Source of the DNA: Candidatus Hydrogenedentota bacterium
Lineage (GTDB): Bacteria; Hydrogenedentota; Hydrogenedentia; Hydrogenedentales; SLHB01
Length of the DNA stretch: 10,923 nt
Direction of reading: 5' to 3'
Assembly (NCBI GenBank): GCA_034408725.1
Contig: JAWXCN010000231.1
Span: forward strand, 1-10,923
Shown piece after piece: positions 1 to 6,536 of this stretch. The translations under genes were made by a program, and so were the position numbers. Numbering within the stretch: the first letter of the stretch is position 1; every line of letters starts with the position of its first letter. A model generated the notes under the pieces. It did no database searches and was not told the DNA's origin. It saw only the letters and a program-made list of their open reading frames with translations.

Positions 1-92
1 ATATTAATGGCAGCGTCATGCCCGTCAAACAACGAAGTCGCCGTCACCACGCGCACGTGGTGTTTGGGGTTATATCGTGCCACTGTGTCCAT
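1..92 (-). CDS. icmF: Fused isobutyryl-CoA mutase/GTPase IcmF, N-terminal B12-binding domain (partial, runs off the left edge)
   Basis: Manual translation from ATG at 92: MDTVARYNPKHHVRVVTATSLFDGHDAAIN(I). VRxVTAxSLFDGHDAxINI is the characteristic IcmF N-terminus and includes the cobalamin-ligating His (DGHD). Confidence 0.88.
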   Translation of the reverse strand, partial: MDTVARYNPKHHVRVVTATSLFDGHDAAIN

Positions 93-106
93 GATGCGGT
101 GGATCG

Positions 107-135
107 ACTATAGGTAAGCAGCCGTTGCGAATCAA
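107..135 (-). promoter_or_regulatory. Putative sigma70-type promoter of icmF
   Basis: Minus strand TTGATT (135-130), 17-nt spacer, TATAGT (112-107); the ATG follows 14 nt after the -10 box. Confidence 0.55.
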
Positions 136-148
136 AGTCTCGTCAATC

Positions 149-324
149 GCGCCTTTGAGTGCGGGAGCGGTACCTGCCGCTTTCCATTTCCTAGGCCAAG
201 GTCGCTTCGCAATTAAGCGAGATCGCCCTGTTTTCTATTCACGTATTCCGGAAGCCTTCAAATTTATTGGAGCATTCGAGTACCCGAAGTGAAAGCGGCG
301 CTGACACACCGCAGTCCAAGGCGC
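149..324. repeat. REP-like inverted doublet (REPIN-like), degenerate copy
   Basis: gcgcctttgagtgcgg (149-164) is the reverse complement of ccgcagtccaaggcgc (309-324) at 14/16 positions; gccgctttc (176-184) pairs perfectly with gaaagcggc (291-299). The right arm read on minus (ttggactgcggtg...ccgcttt) matches the arms at 10032-10180. Confidence 0.65.
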
Positions 325-495
325 TGCGTGCGGCCAATAGACGTCTTGTCACCTCACGGAAGTATTGCCGTCAACGCTGCAACTCGCGAGCGTGCCTAAG
401 TCGTATGGAATGCTTTATCACGTCGCCATGTTTCACAGTAGATCGTCCAATATTTTTGATGAAAGACTCGAAAACGGCAAAGAAGGAGAACCAAT

Positions 496-810
496 ATGGC
501 ACGCTATGGAAAAAAAGCCCAGGAAAAAGTCGAGAAGACCATGCACGAGTACAAGCGTGGCGAATTGAAAAGCGGTAGCGGCAAGAAAGTGACGAGCAGG
601 AAACAGGCAGTTGCGATTGGACTATCGGAAGCGCGTGAAGCCGGCGGCAAGGTACCACCCAAGCCCAAAGCCAAGAGCGCGCCCACGAGCCGGTCCGCCG
701 GCGAAAGCACGGCCCAAAGCCGTGCCACCGCCAAGAAATCGCCGAAGGGCCGTAGCGCAGGAAAAAGTTCCAAACGTCGATCAGGCTCGCGGTCAGACGC
801 AAATTCCTGA
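496..810 (+). CDS. DUF6496-family small basic protein with K/R/S/A-rich tail
   Basis: KVEKTMHEYKRGELKSGSGKKVTSRKQAVAIGLSEAREAG matches the DUF6496 pattern; SD AAGGAG at 483-488. Confidence 0.88.
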   Translation: MARYGKKAQEKVEKTMHEYKRGELKSGSGKKVTSRKQAVAIGLSEAREAGGKVPPKPKAKSAPTSRSAGESTAQSRATAKKSPKGRSAGKSSKRRSGSRSDANS

Positions 811-907
811 AGCACTCTGGAATCTTGAGGCGATTTCCCGACTCGATTAAACTGCCTTTTGGCTCATCCGGGCTCATTGGAATTCCAAAGGGGTAAATCG
901 AGTGGCT

Positions 908-1198
908 ATGCATCACCACGAAGATCATCCGCATGTCGTCAACCGGAATGCGCGATATGGCTTGATTCTGTTTGCGGTCTACGTCGTGTTATACGGCGGG
1001 TTTGTGTTTCTGGCCGTCTTTCGCACGCCGGTCATGGGCGCGGTGCTGCCCGGCGGCGTGAACCTCGCAATCGCCTACGGCATGGGCCTGATCGGCGCTG
1101 CACTGGTGCTCGCCCTGATCTACATGGCGCTGTGCAGCAAGGGCATTGAACGTAAGGACGGAGATGAAGACGCACCTCAACCCAAGGTGCGCAACTGA
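908..1198 (+). CDS. DUF485 (YjcH-like) two-TM membrane protein, partner of ActP
   Basis: Two hydrophobic helices; motifs GLILFAVYVVLYGGFV and GGVNLAIAYGMGLI; TGATG overlap with actP. Alternative GTG start at 902. Confidence 0.87.
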   Translation: MHHHEDHPHVVNRNARYGLILFAVYVVLYGGFVFLAVFRTPVMGAVLPGGVNLAIAYGMGLIGAALVLALIYMALCSKGIERKDGDEDAPQPKVRN

Positions 1199-3102
1199 TG
1201 CTCTATTCAACCTCGATCGTCGCCGTTGCCGTCTTTGCGTTTTTCGTGGCTATCGTGCTTGGTCTGTCGTTCTATCTTGGGCGGCGCGGCCAAACTGCCA
1301 AAGGCTATTATGCCGCCCATGGACAAATTCACTGGGCGGTGAACGGATTTGCGTTCGCGGGAGACTACCTTAGCGCGGCGTCGTTTCTCGGAATCTGCGG
1401 GCTCATCGCCTTCTATGGCTACGACGGATTCCTGTATTCCATTGGCTACCTCGCAGGCTGGGTCGTTGCGCTGTTTGTCATTGCGGAACCCATTAAACGT
1501 CTCGGTAAATTCACGTTCGCAGACGCGCTGGACAGCCATTACAACTCGCGCGCAATCAAACTTGCCGTGGCCATATCCACCCTCGTCGTCAGCGCGTTCT
1601 ATCTCATTCCGCAGATGGTCGGGGCTGGCGCGCTGATCACGCCGCTGCTCGGTCTGCCGCACTTTGTCGGCGTGATGATCGTCGGCATCACCGTCACGCT
1701 CATCGTCGTGACCGCGGGCATGGTCTCGACCTCCTGGGTGCAGTTCATCAAAGGATTCCTGCTCATTCTGTTCTGCACCGCGCTGACCATCATGATTCTG
1801 AACCGTGGGTTCGAAGCAACGCCCGCGCCGTATCCCATGAATCCGGAATCATTGCGCGCGGATGTCGGCGAGAAAATGTGGGACAAAGGCATCACGCTCG
1901 ATGAGAATCCGTGGCCGGACAAACCCTATGTAAAGGTGACTTCGAGCGAGGGCGTCGAGTCTGTGCTTCGCGTGACGCCGGAAGGGTGGATGGAGACGCA
2001 GACCGTCACTATCAAACCCGACGGAACAAAATTAGTGAACGGGCGTCCGCAGACGAAAGACGATGATCTGCGCCCCGTCGGCACAATCGCCGAACTTCCT
2101 GGCGGCATCGAGAAAACAGGCCCGGTCGGTCCACTCGCGTTTCTCGATATCCTGCGTCAGTCCACCATTGTGACGTGGTCGAAAGAAATTCTACAAAGTG
2201 AAGACGGCACCACGACAACCGTATTTTATCCGGTGACGCAGAAAGGCGAGGACCTGCTCAGGCCCGGCGGCTATTTCAAGGGCATGACCTCGCCAAACTT
2301 TACCGACAAACTCGATTTCATTTCGCTGATGCTCGCGCTGTTCTGCGGGACAGCGTCGTTGCCGCACATTCTGATCCGGTACTACACGGTTAAAGACCAG
2401 GCGTCCGCGCGTAAAAGCACCGTGGTCGGTATTGCGGCGATTGGATTCTTTTATGTGCTCACGCTCTACCTCGGCCTCGGCGCAATGACCTCCGGCGCGA
2501 TGGACGTCACGGACAACAACATGGCCGCGCCATTGCTAGCACGATCGTTCAACGAGTTGATGTTCGCGATGATCTCCGCGATTGCGTTCACAACCGTGCT
2601 GGGCACGGTGGCGGGCCTCATCATGGCCGGTTCCGGCGCGGTCGCCCACGACCTGCTCGAAAACTTTTTCCGCATTCCCATGAACGACCACCAGAAAGTC
2701 ATGTACGGCAAAATCGTCGCCGCCGCGCTCGGCGTGCTGGCAATGGTCCTAGGCGTGTTGTTCAAAAACTTTAACGTCAGCTTTCTCGTGGGCTGGGCAT
2801 TTAACATCGCCGCGTCCGCCAACCTCCCCGCGCTCGTCATGATGCTCTTCTGGCGCCGCACCACAAAACAGGGAATCGCCAGCGCCGTGTTCGTCGGCAT
2901 GATCACGTCGCTCGGATGGATACTGCTGTCGGGCGACACCTATTCCAAAGTATTCGGATGGGACCCGGCCTCCTCGATCATCCCGTTCAGCCAGCCCGCA
3001 CTGGTGACGATCCCGCTCGGGTTTCTCGTGCTGATTATCGTGTCGCTGATGACACCCAAACCCGCGCACTCGGTGGCAGAGGAATTGGCGGAAGAGGTAT
3101 AA
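1198..3102 (+). CDS. actP: Cation/acetate (monocarboxylate) symporter, sodium:solute symporter family
   Basis: Motifs NGFAFAGDYLSAASFLG, YLIPQMVGAG, GTASLPHILIRYYTV, AASANLP; multiple TM helices; follows a DUF485 gene as in yjcH-actP. Substrate not established. Confidence 0.9.
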   Translation: MLYSTSIVAVAVFAFFVAIVLGLSFYLGRRGQTAKGYYAAHGQIHWAVNGFAFAGDYLSAASFLGICGLIAFYGYDGFLYSIGYLAGWVVALFVIAEPIKRLGKFTFADALDSHYNSRAIKLAVAISTLVVSAFYLIPQMVGAGALITPLLGLPHFVGVMIVGITVTLIVVTAGMVSTSWVQFIKGFLLILFCTALTIMILNRGFEATPAPYPMNPESLRADVGEKMWDKGITLDENPWPDKPYVKVTSSEGVESVLRVTPEGWMETQTVTIKPDGTKLVNGRPQTKDDDLRPVGTIAELPGGIEKTGPVGPLAFLDILRQSTIVTWSKEILQSEDGTTTTVFYPVTQKGEDLLRPGGYFKGMTSPNFTDKLDFISLMLALFCGTASLPHILIRYYTVKDQASARKSTVVGIAAIGFFYVLTLYLGLGAMTSGAMDVTDNNMAAPLLARSFNELMFAMISAIAFTTVLGTVAGLIMAGSGAVAHDLLENFFRIPMNDHQKVMYGKIVAAALGVLAMVLGVLFKNFNVSFLVGWAFNIAASANLPALVMMLFWRRTTKQGIASAVFVGMITSLGWILLSGDTYSKVFGWDPASSIIPFSQPALVTIPLGFLVLIIVSLMTPKPAHSVAEELAEEV

Positions 3103-3372
3103 TTAGAGGCGTTTCAATATCTTGTCATATTCAGCGTGCGGACCAATCCAATGCCAATAAATACTGTCTGCTTCTCGTAGGCCGAGCGCACGGTAATGGA
3201 TTCCGATTCGAACTGAATAGACGGGTTCTCGACGACTGACAAGCTTGAATTCCAGGATGGGGTGGCCAGAATCATTTGACCATAGTTCATATGCTTGATC
3301 TGTCTGATCGCGGACAAATTCAGGAAGTTGGTTGTAACACTTCCTAAATCGGGATGTGGCGCGGGACGTCAA
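3103..3372 (-). CDS. RelE/ParE-superfamily type II toxin
   Basis: 89 aa; F-x-K-x-Y-x-x-LP, HP-x-L-x-FK, SVRIGIHYRALG and WIGPHAEYD; TTG start overlaps the upstream stop (TTGA). Confidence 0.82.
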   Translation of the reverse strand: MTSRATSRFRKCYNQLPEFVRDQTDQAYELWSNDSGHPILEFKLVSRREPVYSVRIGIHYRALGLREADSIYWHWIGPHAEYDKILKRL

Positions 3373-3608
3373 CGATCGGCTGAACCAGACCTTAAGACAT
3401 CCTCTATCGGTACTACAGTTCCTTCTGCAATTTCTTTGCGCACACTATCCGCCATGCGTTTCCATTGCTCGTCTGTAGTGTTGGCAAAACTTTGAGCCCA
3501 CGCACTTTCGTCTGCGAGCTCGGCCAGGATTCGTTCAGCAATCGAATCTTGTTCGTCCGGCGGAAGGCGTTCGATTTCGCCAAGCACCTTTTGAAGTAAT
3601 TCTCTCAT
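3369..3608 (-). CDS. Putative antitoxin
   Basis: 79 aa, acidic, with LP-x-x-EQD-x-IA-x-x-IL-x-EL-x-DE-x-x-W-x-x-x-F pattern typical of antitoxins upstream of this toxin type; 4-nt overlap with the toxin. Confidence 0.78.
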   Translation of the reverse strand: MRELLQKVLGEIERLPPDEQDSIAERILAELADESAWAQSFANTTDEQWKRMADSVRKEIAEGTVVPIEDVLRSGSADR

Positions 3609-3614
3609 AATCCT

Positions 3615-3643
3615 ATTTTACCGGCCATCTGGTTTTTATGCAA
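3615..3643 (-). promoter_or_regulatory. Putative sigma70-type promoter of the TA operon (leaderless geometry)
   Basis: TTGCAT (3643-3638), 17-nt spacer, TAAAAT (3620-3615), 6 nt, ATG (3608). Confidence 0.65.
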
Positions 3644-3648
3644 TACCA

Positions 3649-4968
3649 TCAATCTTCCAACGCCATGTTCGACACCCCGCTCTTGCCGGGATGAAATATG
3701 TTGTTGCGGAAGACCAATCCCTGCGGCCGCGGCTCAGTCGCGATGTACACCGCCCATTCGTATTGTGGGGGAGTGGTCTGTGGTTTGCCGTCCACCAGTT
3801 CACCGTCCGCCGCCGAATCGTAGACGATATTCCCTTCGATAATGACATCGGTCATCACGGGGTTCTCCGGAAGTTGACCTGAATCCAGCGTAATTACCCC
3901 GCTCTTTTGCTGTTCCCAATTGTAGCGTTCATACCCGCGCCCAAAATCGGAAAAAACATTGTTGGCGATGATGTTGCCCCGCGTGTAGTTTGACTCGCGC
4001 GCTGGCGTGCCTTCCTTTGCGGCTTCGGCGGGATGTGCCAGCGTACCCGGCATCATCACGAGTCCCCACAGGTCCATATGCGATACGGTGTTGTTCGCGA
4101 TGATGACGTTGCGCGCGCCGTGCATGCACTTCAAACCAATAAACGCATGGTCTATGATGTTGTTCGAGCACGTCGCATGATCGAGGTGCATATCGATTCC
4201 CTGCGCCGCATTGCGGATAAGGTTCCCGCTGATCAACACATGGCTGGTAGATTCCGGCGATGACACTGTGATCGCTGATCCCTGGTGCCAGTTGTTCGCG
4301 TAGTCTCCCGTCGGCGCGAGCTTTCCTTTCTTCGCAGGATTCTTTCCCTCGCACAACTGGCCAAGTTTGTGGAGGTCTTTCATCTCGATTGTGGGATACA
4401 GCATTTCCTCGAGCACGCGGTTATTGACGATCTGAAGCCCGCTCGTGTCGTTTACCTGAATGCCCGTCCCGTCGATCACGCGAAAGGCATAGCCATACAA
4501 ATCGCTCGCGGTGCGGTCATCGACGCCGATGCGTTTATAATTCAAAATCTCGCAATCCCGCACCACCGACGATTCGCACTTGATCAAATAAATCGTTCCC
4601 TGCTGGCTGCAATTGTTGTGAATGTGCAAGCCGGACAACTCAAGCCGCGTGCAGTTCTCGGCACGCACGCCGGACGCGGTCGAATCCTGTCTACCTTCCG
4701 CGCGCGTCAGCGTGAGCCCTTCGATACGCACGCCCTTCGCATTCTCGACGCGAATGATGTCTGCGTCAGGATTGGTCTGCACAATCGTCGCGTGTCCGTG
4801 AAGAACGGTGTTGTCCGCCGTCATGAAAATCGGCTCATTGATCCAATAGACCCCGTCCGGCAGCGCAACCGTCTTGCCCGCATTCGCCTCGATCAGCGAG
4901 CGAATGTCCGGTTCCTCGCCGTAAACCGCAATTCCGCAAACCATCAACAAGATTGTCAAACAACGCAT
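3649..4968 (-). CDS. Secreted right-handed parallel beta-helix (pectate lyase-like fold) protein
   Basis: Hydrophobic N-terminal signal; VALPDGVY start motif; repeated I-x-x-N-x-I/V stacks (ISGNLI, IANNTV, IANNVF, IEGNIV, FRNNIF); GGGAG SD upstream. Confidence 0.85.
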   Translation of the reverse strand: MRCLTILLMVCGIAVYGEEPDIRSLIEANAGKTVALPDGVYWINEPIFMTADNTVLHGHATIVQTNPDADIIRVENAKGVRIEGLTLTRAEGRQDSTASGVRAENCTRLELSGLHIHNNCSQQGTIYLIKCESSVVRDCEILNYKRIGVDDRTASDLYGYAFRVIDGTGIQVNDTSGLQIVNNRVLEEMLYPTIEMKDLHKLGQLCEGKNPAKKGKLAPTGDYANNWHQGSAITVSSPESTSHVLISGNLIRNAAQGIDMHLDHATCSNNIIDHAFIGLKCMHGARNVIIANNTVSHMDLWGLVMMPGTLAHPAEAAKEGTPARESNYTRGNIIANNVFSDFGRGYERYNWEQQKSGVITLDSGQLPENPVMTDVIIEGNIVYDSAADGELVDGKPQTTPPQYEWAVYIATEPRPQGLVFRNNIFHPGKSGVSNMALED

Positions 4969-5088
4969 GACACCAATCTCCCATAAGTCGAGTCACTAAA
5001 GGGCAGGCAGGGGCGGCTAGGCGTCACGCGCATGCGCGTCGCAGCAAATGCCTTGCGGGTAACCAACGCATCAGGAGGAGTATACGTC

Positions 5089-5184
5089 ATGGGCATTTTC
5101 GATTTTGTTTCCAGCATTTTCATTTTCATTGCAAAGCTGCTAAGCAGCATCTTCGGCGGACTCGGCGGAATTTTACCCACCTAG
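5089..5184 (+). CDS. Unannotated 31-aa hydrophobic/amphipathic peptide MGIFDFVSSIFIFIAKLLSSIFGGLGGILPT
   Basis: AGGAGGAG SD at 5073-5080, ATG 5089, TAG 5182-5184; lies in an otherwise empty intergenic gap; followed by a plus-oriented terminator. Confidence 0.72.
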   Translation: MGIFDFVSSIFIFIAKLLSSIFGGLGGILPT

Positions 5185-5230
5185 TTGAAGATTTCGGGAC
5201 AGTCAAACCCCGATAAAGGAAATGTAAAGA

Positions 5231-5258
5231 AGTGGCCAGCGAAGCTGGCCGCTTTTTT
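5231..5258 (+). terminator. Rho-independent terminator, possibly bidirectional
   Basis: agtggccagc-gaa-gctggccgct stem (one U-G wobble on plus, a mismatch on minus) followed by a T6 tract; upstream aaagaa gives a weaker U tract for the GNAT gene, whose stop is at 5257-5259. Confidence 0.8.
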
Positions 5259-5694
5259 ATAGCCGCTTGAAAAAGTTAAACGGGTCGCCGGCTTCGCAAT
5301 ACCCAATGCCAAGATGCGCCGCGTGACTGTCCGGGTACTCCGGACCAGTGTCCGACGCCATCTCCGTGCAACCGCGCTCGCGTGCCCACTGTTCCACTGC
5401 GTCATTCAGCGCGCGGCCTATACCGCGCTTGCGGTACGCCTCTTCCACATACCAGCCTTCGAGAAAACCAATGCGGTCAGTCGAGCAGCCAGGCGCCTCG
5501 GTATGAATGCTGGTTTCCGCGAATCCTATGAGGGACCCGTCGTCGCTTTTCACTACGAATACGGCAACGTCAGCCTGCTCGAGCCACCAGTCTTGCTCCG
5601 CCTCGTGCTCTGCGCGCGTGCACGTAGGCCACAGCGCGCAACGCAGGCGAAGCCACTCATATTTGTGGATGGGTAGATACGCTTGAACGATCAT
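5257..5694 (-). CDS. GNAT N-acetyltransferase, aminoglycoside 6'-N-acetyltransferase (AAC(6')-I)-like
   Basis: W-x-x-LR-x-x-LWP, GC...GFLEGWYV, acetyl-CoA motif RKRGIG, WARERGCTEMASDT, S-x-x-x-H-x-x-x-GY-x-E, terminal FFKRL. Confidence 0.85.
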   Translation of the reverse strand: MIVQAYLPIHKYEWLRLRCALWPTCTRAEHEAEQDWWLEQADVAVFVVKSDDGSLIGFAETSIHTEAPGCSTDRIGFLEGWYVEEAYRKRGIGRALNDAVEQWARERGCTEMASDTGPEYPDSHAAHLGIGYCEAGDPFNFFKRL

Positions 5695-5708
5695 CGACGG
5701 CGCAATTC

Positions 5709-6536
5709 CTATTTGCCGTTCTCGTAGGCGATAAGCACCGAATCGGACTTGATATAGCTGCCTTGATGACTATACGCGCGCTTGACAATCCCCGTCCCGG
5801 GTACAAACCAAACGTTAGAAGGTCCGCCAATCGTGAAGTAAGTGAGATGATGCGCGTCGTTGAAGGTTCCCGCCGGCGTCTCGACCCGCTCTACGCCAAT
5901 GTGCCTCCAATAATACATTGTCGGATTGGGCGCCGGTCCCTTGCCATCGCGAAACAAACGAGCGCGCTCCATATCGTCGCGTTCCCGTTTCCTTTCCGCC
6001 CAGACCTTGGCAGCGCCCATCGGAAAAAATAGGTCGGGCACGAACTCGTCGTCCGCAAAACGTTTGGCGATCCCCGGCCGCATTTTATTTCCCGGTCCAT
6101 CAAACAGTTCTGCCGGTAGAAAATACACATAGTTACCATTTACCAGCCAATAATGGTCATCCGTTGAAATTGCTTGAAAAAGCACCTCCCGCGCGGTGTC
6201 GCCTTTGTCCGCTGGAAGGTCATCTTCAATATCGAACGAACGAACCGAAAGCTTGACGAGCTTTCCCTCTGGAATGGACGCAATGCCAACGACTGTTTGT
6301 TCGTCTTTCCATCGAATGGTGCCAATTGTGCCGTCCGCGTCGATAGTTGTCCCGTATTCGTTTTCAAATACCCACTTCGTGCCGGGCTTCATTGGGAGAT
6401 GCTTTGAAACGTCAACGTTGCCGGTATATTCACGGCTGAAATGGGTTGATTTTTCCGCGCCAAGCGTTACTGAAACAGCGAAAAAAACGGCGCTCGCAAG
6501 TACCAGGGACGATACACTGCGATATGCGCGGATCAC
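5709..6536 (-). CDS. Exported hypothetical protein
   Basis: 275 aa; signal-peptide-like N-terminus; P-x-x-x-G-x-x-W-x-F near the start and E-x-V-x-TPAGTF...WFVPGTGIVK near the end (pattern I associate with DUF3108-like beta-rich proteins, tentative); GTGA overlap with the upstream stop. Confidence 0.72.
   Translation of the reverse strand: MIRAYRSVSSLVLASAVFFAVSVTLGAEKSTHFSREYTGNVDVSKHLPMKPGTKWVFENEYGTTIDADGTIGTIRWKDEQTVVGIASIPEGKLVKLSVRSFDIEDDLPADKGDTAREVLFQAISTDDHYWLVNGNYVYFLPAELFDGPGNKMRPGIAKRFADDEFVPDLFFPMGAAKVWAERKRERDDMERARLFRDGKGPAPNPTMYYWRHIGVERVETPAGTFNDAHHLTYFTIGGPSNVWFVPGTGIVKRAYSHQGSYIKSDSVLIAYENGK

Noticed and set aside
93-495. Cobalamin riboswitch upstream of icmF
   Set aside because: No B12-box consensus recognised; the structure is explained by the REP doublet and the promoter appears adjacent to the ATG.
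267-578. 103-aa plus-strand ORF and antisense ORFs 371-934 and 504-815
   Set aside because: They overlap the REP arm or DUF6496 and show no recognisable motifs; the ESGADTPQSKALR stretch is simply the translated repeat.
4285-4986. 233-aa plus-strand ORF
   Set aside because: Antisense shadow of the beta-helix gene, expected in GC-rich DNA.
4956-5180. 74-aa minus-strand ORF in the gap
   Set aside because: Antisense to the peptide ORF, which has the strong SD and matching terminator; it also overlaps the beta-helix start.
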